NCBI GenBank assembly: GCA_003978865.1
Contig: QNXS01000078.1
Coordinates: 1 to 36,897, forward strand
DNA length: 36,897 nucleotides
From: Archaeoglobus sp.
GTDB lineage: Archaea; Halobacteriota; Archaeoglobi; Archaeoglobales; Archaeoglobaceae
Direction of reading: 5' to 3'
Shown: piece by piece, positions 9,345 through 19,208 of the stretch
How positions within the stretch are numbered: position 1 is the first letter of the stretch
How the letters are laid out: the number at the start of each line of letters is the position of its first letter
Translations under genes and position numbers: made by a program
Notes under the pieces: generated by a model
The model's database searches: none
What the model saw: the letters and a program-made list of their open reading frames with translations, nothing else
What the model was told of the DNA's origin: nothing

Positions 9345-10112
9345 TCATCGCCTCTCCTCAACACACTTTCTTATACAAGCCTCGTAACCGTACTTGGTTA
9401 TGTGCTCAAGTATTTTGTATGGATCACCTATACATGATATTCTGCCGTTGAACAGAACCACACCATAATCGGCATCCACGTAATCCAGTATATGGCCAGT
9501 GTGTGTTATCACGAGACCGGATTTCCGTCTGTCTTCCTCCTTCTTATCCCTCTCAAGCAACTTTTTTATTGCCCTTCCAACAATTGCTATGTTCTCCAGA
9601 TCCACCCCGCTATCAGGTTCGTCGAGCATAACAAATTCAGGATCTAACACCATTAGCTGAAGAAGTTCTGACTTTTTAATTTCACCTCCGCTAAAACCAT
9701 CATTTACAGCCCTGTCGAGCATGTCTTCCATTCCAACAAACTTTGCACAGCTATCTATCCTTTTTTCAGCTTCCTCTTCACTAAGACCTGCTACATTTGC
9801 GCATTTCCTTAGCAGGTCTATCAACTTAACTCCACTAACTTTTGGAGGGTTCTGGAAGGCAATTCCTATACCTCTCCTTACTCTCTCATCTGTGCTGAGA
9901 TTTGTTATGTCTTCACCTCTTAGAGTTATTCTACCTTGAACAACTCTGTAATTTGGATGACCAACAATTGCTGAGAGTAGAGAGGATTTCCCACTGCCAT
10001 TGGGTCCAAACAGAACGAAAGTCTGACCTTCTTTGATATACAAATTTACATTTTCAAGAATCCTTCTACCTCCAGCTTCAACGCCAAGATTAATTACCCT
10101 CAAAGACTCCAT
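9345..10112 (-). CDS. sufC: Fe-S cluster assembly ATPase SufC (ABC type)
   Basis: Walker A GPNGSGKSSL, signature FSGGEIKKSELLQ, Walker B VMLDEPDSGVD, H-loop ITHTG. Confidence 0.9.
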   Translation of the reverse strand: MESLRVINLGVEAGGRRILENVNLYIKEGQTFVLFGPNGSGKSSLLSAIVGHPNYRVVQGRITLRGEDITNLSTDERVRRGIGIAFQNPPKVSGVKLIDLLRKCANVAGLSEEEAEKRIDSCAKFVGMEDMLDRAVNDGFSGGEIKKSELLQLMVLDPEFVMLDEPDSGVDLENIAIVGRAIKKLLERDKKEEDRRKSGLVITHTGHILDYVDADYGVVLFNGRISCIGDPYKILEHITKYGYEACIRKCVEERR

Positions 10113-10216
10113 ACCAAAATCACTAAAACTGCGAAATTAAAACCTTTGGATGATAACTGATGGTCTACGATCTGGGAATTCAAAAAATTATTAACGTATA
10201 ATGCGTAATAAAAATT

Positions 10217-11359
10217 ATGATAACTGTTGGATTCATAACACGTTATCCGCCAACTCACTGTGGTATAGCAGAATATTCAAAGTTTCTGATTTCTGCACTT
10301 CGCTCTCTAAACCCAAAAATGGAAGTCAAAGTATTCACAACAAGAGAATCGAGAATTGACAGGTACTTTGATGAGATAGGAGTGAAAGTTATACCGTGCT
10401 TTTCCAGATTTGAGAAAGATTACTCCGAGCTTGTGGATGCGGTAAATGAAGAGAAAGTCGACATACTTCATGTTCAGCATGAGTATGGAATTTTTGGGTA
10501 CGGTAGTGAAATAATCGATGCCCTGACGGAGATGAAGGAGGAGAGAATTGCAGAAGTTTGTGTTCTGACAACACATACAGTAGATCATCCTTACACGACC
10601 AGACCGGAGGTGTTTGAATTTCAGAATTCACTCAACCAGCTCGATGCCGTGGTTGTTCACAGCGATCTTCAGGAGTTTGAGTTGATAACACAGGGTGTAG
10701 ATGCAACAAAGATATGCCAGATACCCCACGGCACCCTTATAAATCCATACCTTGGATACACTAAACATTTTCTTGCCAAGAGTCTTGGGCTGGATGAAGA
10801 GTTTTGCGGGATTACTCTGGCAGTCCCCGGATTTATGAGGAGGGATAAAGGTGTTGACATCCTACTGGAAGCGCTTAACCATCTGAAAGAACTGAAGTTT
10901 ACGGTAATGCTTGCTGGGGAACCTCAAGATGAGGTTGTTAGGGAGCTTGTTGAAAACTTTGAATCAAAAACTGTACTGCTTGAAAGGTACCTTTCAAGTG
11001 ATGAAATACTAAGAGTTGTGGCTCTTGCAGATGCAATAGTTCTACCATACAAGGATAGAAAAGGCGCTTATGCTGTCAGCGGTATACTACATCTGTCAAT
11101 GGGAGGGCTGAAGCCGATATTGGGTAGCAGAACTCCAAGACTTGTCGAACTGTGTCAGCATGCTCCGTGGATGACGCTACCACCAAACAATGCACTTGAG
11201 CTTGCACGTAAGATTGAATGGCTCGTTAACAACTACGAGTTTACAGTATCGTATATGAGCGAACTTTACGCTTATGCAGCAAGAACGCAGTGGATAAGTG
11301 TGGCTCATGAACTCTACGAACTGTACAAGAAGCTTATGAGGAAAAAAATAGTATTATAA
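10217..11359 (+). CDS. GT-B fold glycosyltransferase (family 4-like)
   Basis: N-terminal RYPPTHCGIAEYSKFL, HVQHEYGIFG, and a C-terminal GT1-type domain (GFMRRDKGVD...LPYKD). Confidence 0.75.
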   Translation: MITVGFITRYPPTHCGIAEYSKFLISALRSLNPKMEVKVFTTRESRIDRYFDEIGVKVIPCFSRFEKDYSELVDAVNEEKVDILHVQHEYGIFGYGSEIIDALTEMKEERIAEVCVLTTHTVDHPYTTRPEVFEFQNSLNQLDAVVVHSDLQEFELITQGVDATKICQIPHGTLINPYLGYTKHFLAKSLGLDEEFCGITLAVPGFMRRDKGVDILLEALNHLKELKFTVMLAGEPQDEVVRELVENFESKTVLLERYLSSDEILRVVALADAIVLPYKDRKGAYAVSGILHLSMGGLKPILGSRTPRLVELCQHAPWMTLPPNNALELARKIEWLVNNYEFTVSYMSELYAYAARTQWISVAHELYELYKKLMRKKIVL

Positions 11360-11377
11360 TATTATAGTATTTAAAAA

Positions 11378-11728
11378 CTAACCAAGATTTACAGCAAATT
11401 CTTTCTTTTTTATTTTGTTTATGAATATACTTATTATATATTTTCCTTTTAATTTATTTAAATTTATACATTTATTATAAATTATTATTTTTGAATTATT
11501 TAATTTATGGCAACTAAAGTATATATTAATATTTTTTTTATTTATTTTTATATCATCGTATTTTACTAAACAATTTGATTTTATTACAATATTTATATTC
11601 CAGTTAGATTTGTTATTGAAGAGAGTGACACTTAAGTTAAACTGATTTATGTTCCTATTTACCGGTTTTGCACACATGCATACTAAGGCTGCAACTACAA
11701 CCAACACCAGTGGCCTACGCATTATCAT
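11378..11728 (-). CDS. hypothetical secreted/lipoprotein-like protein, N/K/I-rich
   Basis: Signal-like MIMRRPLVLVVVAALVCMCAK. Its start overlaps the MFS stop (ATGA). The body is encoded by an extremely AT-rich stretch, so coding status is uncertain. Confidence 0.4.
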   Translation of the reverse strand: MIMRRPLVLVVVAALVCMCAKPVNRNINQFNLSVTLFNNKSNWNINIVIKSNCLVKYDDIKINKKNINIYFSCHKLNNSKIIIYNKCINLNKLKGKYIISIFINKIKKKEFAVNLG

Positions 11729-12906
11729 AGCTTGGATGAGGTGATGTTAAAGCCTTTCTCTTTTAACACATGCAAAAAAGACACCGCAAGTGTGAGCAAA
11801 ATTCCGGATATATAAACACCATCAAGAGTAAAAAGACCAAAGAACAACGGTCCAACGGTCTGGCCAAGCTTTGAAACAGAGCCATATGTTGACATAATCG
11901 TTGCTCTTCCCTCCTCTTTGGTAAAGGAAACTATTAAATTCTGAAGAGTTGGGAGTACAGTTCCCTGAGCGTAACCAAAAATTATTGAGGGTATAAAAAA
12001 GCTCAATTCGTATCCTGAAAAGTAGGAAGCCAGAATTCCAGAAAGAGCGAGCGCGTATGCAAGAAAGCCAGCGGGAAGTATTTTGTTTCCAAGTTTCTTA
12101 CTTATTTTTGTTAGTTTTGCAGCAAAAATTGCTGTGGAAAGAGACATAGTCGCTTGGACCGCTCCGACAACAATGCTGTTTCCCCCAGTTTTGTAAATTA
12201 CGAAGGGCAGGTACGTTAAAAAAGTCCCGTAAAGTACAGCATAAGCTACCATGCCCGTTGCAAACAACCAGAGAATTTTTCTGCTGAAGAATTTCGAAAC
12301 TCTCGAAGCATACTCTGAAAAATTATCTTCGCACCTAATATCGGGTATTGGGGATACCATTACAAAAATGCTCGTTGGAACTGCAAGAAGGAACATGTAG
12401 AAAGGATACTTCCAGTTAAGGTGGGCAAGATAACCTCCGGTTAACTGGTAAAATGCAATGCCTGTTGTAAGAACGCTGGCGTTGTAGCCAATTATCTTCT
12501 CCCTGTCTATTCCTGTATAGCTGTCTCCAATTATGGTTGTTGAGAGGGCGACTAAGGCTGATGCTGATGAACCTTGAATAAGTCTGAAAATAACCATTGT
12601 TCTGAAGTTAACAAAAGTGCACAGAAAGCCAAAAATACCAAAAATGAGTATTGCTGTAGATGTAACAATTTTTCTACCAAATCTGTCAGCCATTACTCCG
12701 GTTACAGGCGAAAAAATAGTTCCGGGGAGTGTAAATGCCATTACAAGAATTCCCGCCTGAATTTTTGTCAGACCAAAAGCCTTAGCTATTACTGGCAGTG
12801 CGGGAGCTATAGCAGAAACACCCATAACTCCCATTAAAGTTATGGCATAGGCTGTATATTCTGGTTTCAAGCTTCCAAGCAACTTCAGCGAGCTCAAGTT
12901 AAACAC
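11725..12906 (-). CDS. MFS transporter
   Basis: About 12 predicted TM helices and the MFS loop motif GVMADRFGRK between TM2 and TM3. Confidence 0.8.
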   Translation of the reverse strand: MFNLSSLKLLGSLKPEYTAYAITLMGVMGVSAIAPALPVIAKAFGLTKIQAGILVMAFTLPGTIFSPVTGVMADRFGRKIVTSTAILIFGIFGFLCTFVNFRTMVIFRLIQGSSASALVALSTTIIGDSYTGIDREKIIGYNASVLTTGIAFYQLTGGYLAHLNWKYPFYMFLLAVPTSIFVMVSPIPDIRCEDNFSEYASRVSKFFSRKILWLFATGMVAYAVLYGTFLTYLPFVIYKTGGNSIVVGAVQATMSLSTAIFAAKLTKISKKLGNKILPAGFLAYALALSGILASYFSGYELSFFIPSIIFGYAQGTVLPTLQNLIVSFTKEEGRATIMSTYGSVSKLGQTVGPLFFGLFTLDGVYISGILLTLAVSFLHVLKEKGFNITSSKL

Positions 12907-12907
12907 C

Positions 12908-13852
12908 TCAGTGAAGTAGGAAAGCCAAGACCAAAGCTGTGTATACTATGTTCAACAGGGAGCTAATTATAGCTATTTTAAATCCCAACTTAACTCCAAA
13001 GTATGCTATTCTTCCCGGCAGGGAGTGCCTTACAAATATAACGGACATGGAAACTATACTTGTTAGCAGAAGAGCTGAAACCGCCTGAACTGGGGTAATA
13101 ACATTGCTCGAAAGTAAAGATCCAGCTGCAGCAAAGCCGGCAGTGGTATCGGCAACTCCAGCTGCAACTATTGCTGACGCCTGACTCGGAAGATTTAAAA
13201 TCCTGAAATTTTCAAAAGGTTTGAATGCTCTGTATTCAATCAAAATTGATGTAATTGTGTATACCAATATCAATCTTGGTAAGATTTTTTTCAATACATT
13301 AATTGATTTTTTAATTCCGGTTCTTACCATCTCTTTTTTGTTTATATTATTCTTTACATTTTCTATTTTTTCTCTATTTTTTATTTTTTTATTAAATTTA
13401 TTCTTAAGTAAAAAATGCCCTGATACAATCGCTGTTAGCGTAACACATGCACTTATAACCATTCTTGCAGATATGTACAGAATTCCGGCTTTAAGACCGA
13501 GCAAGGGAATCACTACAGGAATGAAGTAAACTAAAACATGGTTCAAAAAACTGAAAAAGCTACCCACAAAGGATGCAACTATGGTTTCCCTTTCGCTTAT
13601 GGTTTTCTGCTCATAAAAACTGGCAAGCATGGCACTCGCAGCATTTCCACTTGCCACGTACGTTATCACTGCAAGTCCGGATTCGGGAGATAGGTTTGCA
13701 AGCTTTATAATGGGTTTTATAATCCAAGATATTTTGTTTATTATACCAAACTCGTTTAAAATGTTTGCAAGTGTTATTGCAGCAACAAGAACGGGTATAA
13801 CATGAACAAAAAGGTAGTAGAGTTTTGAAATAATCAAAAAGTTTGATAACAT
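12908..13852 (-). CDS. membrane protein with nucleoside-recognition (Gate) domains
   Basis: Polytopic protein with two hydrophobic halves joined by a K/N-rich loop. The N-terminal half resembles the FeoB-type Gate domain (ANLSPESGLAVITYVASGNAASAML). Confidence 0.55.
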   Translation of the reverse strand: MLSNFLIISKLYYLFVHVIPVLVAAITLANILNEFGIINKISWIIKPIIKLANLSPESGLAVITYVASGNAASAMLASFYEQKTISERETIVASFVGSFFSFLNHVLVYFIPVVIPLLGLKAGILYISARMVISACVTLTAIVSGHFLLKNKFNKKIKNREKIENVKNNINKKEMVRTGIKKSINVLKKILPRLILVYTITSILIEYRAFKPFENFRILNLPSQASAIVAAGVADTTAGFAAAGSLLSSNVITPVQAVSALLLTSIVSMSVIFVRHSLPGRIAYFGVKLGFKIAIISSLLNIVYTALVLAFLLH

Positions 13853-13859
13853 ATTAGAA

Positions 13860-14213
13860 TTATTCTTTATACTTACTTACAATTTCAAGAATCTCATCAA
13901 TCTGCTCTGGTGTAAGTGTTATTTTTTCCTTTGCGTAAATTACTCTAACTTCATCTCTTATTCTCGGCAATATATCAACTATTTTGATGGCTATATCCTC
14001 CCTACCAACCTGAGGTAGCTTCTTAAGTTCAGAAACCAACTCCTTAGCTTTATCCGCAGGAAGCTTGGAAAAAAGTCTAAGATGCTTTAGTGCTCTCCTT
14101 GTTTCAAAAGTTAACTCAGCAGCGGACTTCCTCTCTTCTATAATTTTTTCCATTATTTCTTTTGCCTCTGAAATTGTAATATAACTAAAATCTAAAACCT
14201 CTTTAAACGCCAT
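13860..14213 (-). CDS. rpoF: DNA-directed RNA polymerase subunit F (Rpo4)
   Basis: 117-aa helical protein (SEAKEIMEKI..., ETRRALKHLRLFSKL) directly downstream of rpl21e, the conserved archaeal arrangement. Confidence 0.8.
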   Translation of the reverse strand: MAFKEVLDFSYITISEAKEIMEKIIEERKSAAELTFETRRALKHLRLFSKLPADKAKELVSELKKLPQVGREDIAIKIVDILPRIRDEVRVIYAKEKITLTPEQIDEILEIVSKYKE

Positions 14214-14218
14214 AGAGA

Positions 14219-14518
14219 TCAGCCCAAAACTTTTTGGGGTTTCAGATGTTCTGGTCTGATTATCAGAGTTTTCATCTTTCCACCATCCCTAACCTTCACC
14301 AAGTAAGCTTTACCTCTCTGTCCAACAACAACACCTGTCCTGCCCTGAAATCTCGGGTGAGGCATACCCTTATGAACAGCTGGCTCTATATCTATATGAA
14401 CGTACTGTCCAACTTCAAACGTTTGAAGAACTTTTCTTATTTTAACACCTTTCTCTCTTACGCTTTTTCTCAGCTTTTTACCGGACTTGAACCTAAAACC
14501 GTGTGATTTCCAACCCAT
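14219..14518 (-). CDS. rpl21e: 50S ribosomal protein L21e
   Basis: [18 protein letters not shown]...[25 protein letters not shown] is characteristic of L21e. Confidence 0.9.
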   Translation of the reverse strand: MGWKSHGFRFKSGKKLRKSVREKGVKIRKVLQTFEVGQYVHIDIEPAVHKGMPHPRFQGRTGVVVGQRGKAYLVKVRDGGKMKTLIIRPEHLKPQKVLG

Positions 14519-14523
14519 ATCTT

Positions 14524-15678
14524 TTAACCTCCATTAACGTTTTCAAAGCAATTTAATCCACCCAACACTCCGAGTACATCAAGCCTGACAACTCTTGATG
14601 GGTTATTTAAAATTTCCGACAGACTTGGCTTTGTTCTACCATTATCTCCGCTTATAAGCTCTTTTATGTAAAGCCCGCTATCAGCTTCCACGGTTATTAC
14701 GGCTTTTTTCTCTCTTAACAGTATTAACTCAAGTTTGTACGTATTTCTTCTTCTAAGTACGTTTGCTCTTCTGTGTTCAACTCTCTTTGGAGTGAACTGA
14801 TTCACCACCGTGTAGCTAAGTTCTTCAAGAGCTTTCTCAAGCTCATCTCTACTTACATTCTTTTCAAATTCCACTATGGCTCTGTACTTTTTTCTGTAGT
14901 TTGCTGTCTTCAACTTTGAAACGTGCTTTGGCTCCGCAAATCCCAGAAACTTCACGGATAGCTTGCCACCAGTACTTCTATTAACGGCATCTTCAAGCTC
15001 TTTCAGATTCACACTCCTAATTTTTGGTTTTCTTATTTCAATAATAAAAGGTCTCCCGTTTCCAAGCATTCTTGCATCAATGTCCTCCCTTCCAGCCCCA
15101 TGAAGAATTGCCTCTTCTCCCTCTGTTAGCTTAAGGCACGGTTCGGATATCATTTCTTCAATTGAGGTTGGATACCTCTTACCAGTAAATCCACAAACTT
15201 GACATCCTCTCCCATTACATGCTGAACACATCCACCTTGTTTGAGGAATGCCTCTAACTCTCTTAATGTATCTGCCATAAATGTAAATAGGTGTTATCCT
15301 GAGTTTGTAGCTCAGATCCTCTGCATCCACATTAACAACAACATCAGCAATCTTTCCGCTTTTTCTGACATCTTCGGCTCCAAGCAACTTACACAGCCTA
15401 TTCGAAAGCTCATAGTTTATTTCATGCTTTATCTTTCCTGCTTCTCCAAAAAAGTAGTTTTCAAATTCCTTCACACTACCTTTTATTAAACATCCAACCT
15501 GAATACTGTTAATTTCATACTTATTTAACTCTTCAGCTATCTTTCCCGCAACATTTGATAGTCTCAAGAATAAACCGCAACAGTAAACACACTCCTCCTC
15601 TTCAACTTCATTAACTTCAGTAATTTCTATGCTTAATCCTTCAATCCTTTTTTTGCATCTTCTGCATAACTCAAGCAT
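14524..15678 (-). CDS. pus10: tRNA pseudouridine(54/55) synthase Pus10
   Basis: N-terminal Zn-ribbon/THUMP part (CRRCKKR..., [16 protein letters not shown]) and catalytic [16 protein letters not shown]. Confidence 0.85.
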   Translation of the reverse strand: MLELCRRCKKRIEGLSIEITEVNEVEEEECVYCCGLFLRLSNVAGKIAEELNKYEINSIQVGCLIKGSVKEFENYFFGEAGKIKHEINYELSNRLCKLLGAEDVRKSGKIADVVVNVDAEDLSYKLRITPIYIYGRYIKRVRGIPQTRWMCSACNGRGCQVCGFTGKRYPTSIEEMISEPCLKLTEGEEAILHGAGREDIDARMLGNGRPFIIEIRKPKIRSVNLKELEDAVNRSTGGKLSVKFLGFAEPKHVSKLKTANYRKKYRAIVEFEKNVSRDELEKALEELSYTVVNQFTPKRVEHRRANVLRRRNTYKLELILLREKKAVITVEADSGLYIKELISGDNGRTKPSLSEILNNPSRVVRLDVLGVLGGLNCFENVNGG

Positions 15679-15800
15679 CGATTACATCTCTCTTTATGAA
15701 CTATTTATGAATTATTAATATTTAGCTAATTTTGGCTATAAACAACTTAGCCAAACAAATTTGGAAAAGTTTATCTTCTTTGTGGTTTACAAAATAAACA

Positions 15801-16367
15801 ATGGATGGGAAAGATAAGGAAATTATTTCAATGCTACAGGAAAACGGGAGGATACCCATCTCAAAAATAGCGGAATCTGTGGGATTTTCTGTTATGGGTG
15901 TAAAAAAAAGAGTTGAAAAGTTAGAAAAAAGTAACTTACTTAAGATAAGATCTCTGTTAAATATAAAAAATCTTGGAGTCAAACTTGCAATAATTGCCAT
16001 TGAAATGAAGAATGCAGAATTTGTAGAAAAAACAATTGATAAGTTTAGAAATTGTCCAAGAGTGCTGAGATTCTTTGTAACGACTGGATCTTTCAATCTG
16101 TTTGCCATAATTGTAGCTGAGGACTACCATACCCTCGAAAGCATCAGTCTTGAAAAATGCTCTCTGAGAAATCAGGAAGGTATAAAGAGATTTGAAATTT
16201 ATCCAGTGCAGGATGTTTACTATACACCATACTTTGATTTAAACGTAATTCCGAAGAAGGAGCTTGATTATGCACCCTGCGGAGTTCATTGTTCGAGCTG
16301 TAGCAGATACAAAGAAGAAAGGTGTGTTGGCTGTCCTGTTACAGTACACTACAGGGGAGTGCTGTAA
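15801..16367 (+). CDS. Lrp/AsnC-family transcriptional regulator with a Cys-rich C-terminal tail
   Basis: HTH_AsnC (DKEIISMLQENGRIPISKIAESVGFSVMGVKKRVEKLEKSNLL), a RAM-like middle region, and the tail CGVHCSSCSRYKEERCVGC. Confidence 0.75.
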   Translation: MDGKDKEIISMLQENGRIPISKIAESVGFSVMGVKKRVEKLEKSNLLKIRSLLNIKNLGVKLAIIAIEMKNAEFVEKTIDKFRNCPRVLRFFVTTGSFNLFAIIVAEDYHTLESISLEKCSLRNQEGIKRFEIYPVQDVYYTPYFDLNVIPKKELDYAPCGVHCSSCSRYKEERCVGCPVTVHYRGVL

Positions 16368-16373
16368 AAAAAA

Positions 16374-17042
16374 TTAAGTAAATTTTTGTAAAATTGCATT
16401 GATATCATTAAATACTTCATCTATGTTCTTTGTTCCATCCACATTGTATAGAATGCCCTTCTTTTCGTAATATTCGACGAGAGGTTCTGTCTGTTCTTTG
16501 TAAACTTTATACCTCTGTCTTACTGTTTCCTCCTTATCGTCGTCTCTTTGGTAGAGTTCTCCTCCACACTTGTCGCACTTGTTGTCCTCTTTTGGTGGAT
16601 TGTATATCAGGTGATAAACAGCTCCACAGTTTCTACAACTTCTTCTGTTGACTATTCTCTTCACGACCTCTTCTTCCGGTACCTGAATATTTATAACTGC
16701 ATCAATATTTTTTCCAAGCTCCTCAAGCATTTTGTCAAGAGCCTCAGCCTGAGGAATCGTCCTTGGAAATCCATCAAGAATAAAACCTTTTTCGCAGTCA
16801 GGTTGCTGGAGCCTCTCTTTTACTATACCTATAACAACCTCATCAGGAACAAGCTGTCCAGCATCCATATACTTTTTAGCCTCTTTTCCAAGTTCAGTTC
16901 CCTGTGCAACTGCATCTCTCAACATATCTCCCGTTGAAATCTGTGGAATCCCATATTTCTCTACTATAAGCTTTGCCTGTGTCCCTTTCCCAGAACCGGG
17001 TGGTCCGAGCAGAATCAGGTTCATGGAACTTTGTGAATTCAA
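16374..17042 (-). CDS. adk: adenylate kinase (long form with zinc-knuckle lid)
   Basis: P-loop [16 protein letters not shown]-binding ISTGDMLR, lid CRNCG...CDKCGG. The likely true start is MNLILLG at 17024. Confidence 0.9.
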   Translation of the reverse strand: MNSQSSMNLILLGPPGSGKGTQAKLIVEKYGIPQISTGDMLRDAVAQGTELGKEAKKYMDAGQLVPDEVVIGIVKERLQQPDCEKGFILDGFPRTIPQAEALDKMLEELGKNIDAVINIQVPEEEVVKRIVNRRSCRNCGAVYHLIYNPPKEDNKCDKCGGELYQRDDDKEETVRQRYKVYKEQTEPLVEYYEKKGILYNVDGTKNIDEVFNDINAILQKFT

Positions 17043-17076
17043 GAATGTTTAAAACTTTCTATTCTGTTTAACCACA

Positions 17077-18114
17077 TTAGTTTATGCCAAGCCTCCTCTC
17101 AATCACTTTTTTCCACTCATCAGGTAAATAATCAAGAACGCTTCCACTTGCGGAGAATATTCCCATTTTTCTGGCGAACTCCTTTAGCGTTCCATTTTTT
17201 CCTATTGCACATGCAATCATTGCAGCTCCAAGAGCAGAAGCAATTTGATATTTTCCATAAAGCTCAGCATTTAGCCTTCTTTCTCTTAACACGTCAATTA
17301 ACTCAGGAGACTGTCTCCCAGAAAGTACAACCTTCTCAGCTTTATCAATCGATACCTCGATTGCTCTTACACCTTTAACAACGTTTTCAGCAAGTACATC
17401 TACAGCATTTTTTAAAACATCTTTAATACCAATTCTAAGAAACTTTTTTGGAAATTTTCCGATTAGATAGGCTACTTCTGCGTCCATACACCCTGCAGAT
17501 CCGTAAGAAGGTAAAAAGGCAGTACCACCCAATCCATCAACAACTCTCCCATCTTTAACAGCAAGAAATGATGTGTACCCATATCCTGCTTCTACAATAA
17601 TAATCCTGAAATTACAGCATTTGTAATCAAAACAAACAGCAAATGCTGTGCATAATTTATCGTAAGTACCCATGTCAATTTTGAATATTTTTCTATAAGA
17701 TGGCACAGTATTAAGATGAATTATTGCCGGAATTGTATAAAAATTAAGATCGATTCTTGTTATCCTACTTATCAGTTCTCTCAATCCAACAGATTGCTCC
17801 TCTTCAAGTGTAAGGGTCATCAGCTTTAAATCCTTTTCTGTAAGCTCAGAAAAGTGCTTTACTGGCATGCCATATCCCGAAAGCCCTGCATAAACATCGG
17901 CATTGATTTCTTCAAGCAATTCTATTATTATGGCTGGATTTCTTTTTACCTTAGAAGTTGGCACTTCCGTAAATTCGTATTCAAAACCTGCTTGATTTTT
18001 CTGATTGCTTTTATGGTAGTCAAACCAAAGGATTTTATAGGATTTTGTTCCCGCATCAACTCCTGCAAACCTCACAGAACAAACACCACAACCATTAAAT
18101 ATCAAAGTTTTCAA
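17077..18114 (-). CDS. ASKHA (actin/Hsp70/sugar-kinase fold) ATPase-like protein, DUF1464-like
   Basis: Phosphate-1-like FAGVDAGTKSYK and later glycine-rich segments (EAGYGYTS, DGLGGTA). The family call is tentative. Confidence 0.5.
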   Translation of the reverse strand: MKTLIFNGCGVCSVRFAGVDAGTKSYKILWFDYHKSNQKNQAGFEYEFTEVPTSKVKRNPAIIIELLEEINADVYAGLSGYGMPVKHFSELTEKDLKLMTLTLEEEQSVGLRELISRITRIDLNFYTIPAIIHLNTVPSYRKIFKIDMGTYDKLCTAFAVCFDYKCCNFRIIIVEAGYGYTSFLAVKDGRVVDGLGGTAFLPSYGSAGCMDAEVAYLIGKFPKKFLRIGIKDVLKNAVDVLAENVVKGVRAIEVSIDKAEKVVLSGRQSPELIDVLRERRLNAELYGKYQIASALGAAMIACAIGKNGTLKEFARKMGIFSASGSVLDYLPDEWKKVIERRLGIN

Positions 18115-18159
18115 GTTAGCTCAGGTGGATTATTGGGTTAGCTGGTGAATGTATGTTAT

Positions 18160-18230
18160 GCCAGGGTGGCAGAGGGGCTATGCGGCGGACTGCAGATCCG
18201 CTGACCCCGGTTCAAATCCGGGCCCTGGCT
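18160..18230 (+). tRNA. tRNA-Cys (GCA)
   Basis: Manual cloverleaf: acceptor GCCAGGG/CCCTGGC, anticodon arm GCGGA-CUGCAGA-UCCGC, T arm CCCGG-TTCAAAT-CCGGG, discriminator U. An oligo-T run lies at 18244-18249. Confidence 0.9.
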
Positions 18231-18240
18231 GGCCCTGGCT
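18231..18240 (+). repeat. exact tandem copy of the last 10 nt of tRNA-Cys (ggccctggct)
   Basis: 18221-18230 equals 18231-18240, read directly from the sequence. Confidence 0.85.
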
Positions 18241-18423
18241 CTCTTTTTTCGCATTCCGATCCCTGTTATAATGTTTGGTTATTGAAGGGAAAGAAGAAAA
18301 AACGGGACTGATAAGTTTTTAGGATAGATTTTCAGCGTTACGTTTTCCTCAATTTAAGCTACGATTATTGTGGCAATTATCAGGAGCACAGCAAGATTCT
18401 GCTTGTACTTCAAAATGAAAAGA

Positions 18424-18462
18424 ATTGAACAGAAAATTTAAGTATTGCTAAATCAATCAACT
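18424..18462 (+). promoter_or_regulatory. promoter block (TATA-like TTTAAGTATT) of the Csa3-like gene; twin of 26051-26089
   Basis: Ungapped alignment to 26051-26089 gives 33/39 identities. The TATA centre lies about 27 nt before ATG 18468, which implies a leaderless mRNA. Confidence 0.5.
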
Positions 18463-18467
18463 GTTTG

Positions 18468-19208
18468 ATGCCAGCAACGCAGATAGTTTTCGTCGGTCAT
18501 CACAAGGAGAGGCTTGTAGAGTCCATCAGAGCACTGAGAGAGTTACCAGCAACCAAAGTTATTCTTGCTATTGGTGAAGAGGAGCTTCCAGGAGAAAGTA
18601 AAGTTAGAAAGATTGCGGAGGAAATAAGGAAAGAGATTGAAACAGTATGGGATGTCGAAACACGAAAAATCAACAAGAGAAACGTGATAAAAGCGGTATC
18701 ACAGCTCATCGAAATAATAAGGAGCGAAAAACAGCAAGGAAGAGAAGTTGTGATCAACGCCTCCGGATCACTGAGAACTCTTGCAATAGCCGGCTACATC
18801 GCCGCATGCGTAACTTCATCGAGAATTTTTACATCCATTCCAAGATACAACGAGAAGGAGGAGGAAGTGGGTATCGAAGAGATTATTGAAGTTCCAACGC
18901 TGCCCGTAGATTTTCCCGGTGAGGAACAGGTGGAGATAATCTCCTCCATAGGCAATGGCGTTGAATCGCTCGACGAGCTTATACTCAGGCTAAATCCGGG
19001 AATAAGCAAGGGAAGTAGCGAGTTCAGAAGGGAGAGGAGCAGATTGAGCCATCATTTGGCGAAGCTTGAAGATGCTGGTCTGGTTAAAAAGGAGAAGCGT
19101 GGAAGAAATGTGGGGATAGTTCTAACTCCTCTCGGCAGATTTTTGCTGGAAGGTGTTGTTTATGGGAAGGAAGTGGATGAAAAGAAGGCTCTTGAAGAAG
19201 TACATTGA
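18468..19208 (+). CDS. Csa3-like regulator: N-terminal CARF-type Rossmann domain + C-terminal winged HTH
   Basis: IVFVGHHKERL..., VVINASGSLRTLAIAG (compare the Csa3/cas_HTH pattern vNlSGGmR), and wHTH RSRLSHHLAKLEDAGLVKKEKRGRNVGIVLTPLG. Confidence 0.6.
   Translation: MPATQIVFVGHHKERLVESIRALRELPATKVILAIGEEELPGESKVRKIAEEIRKEIETVWDVETRKINKRNVIKAVSQLIEIIRSEKQQGREVVINASGSLRTLAIAGYIAACVTSSRIFTSIPRYNEKEEEVGIEEIIEVPTLPVDFPGEEQVEIISSIGNGVESLDELILRLNPGISKGSSEFRRERSRLSHHLAKLEDAGLVKKEKRGRNVGIVLTPLGRFLLEGVVYGKEVDEKKALEEVH

Noticed and set aside
11360-11640. AT-rich stretch as a replication origin
   Set aside because: I could not identify ORB-like inverted repeats, and no cdc6/orc1 gene is nearby. It lies between convergent gene ends, where AT-rich terminator DNA is usual.
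15722-16108. 128-aa minus-strand ORF
   Set aside because: It lies antisense to the well-supported Lrp/AsnC gene.
18990-19000. aaatccggg inside the Csa3-like gene matching the tRNA-Cys T-arm/acceptor junction
   Set aside because: It is a 9-nt match within coding sequence and is expected by chance.
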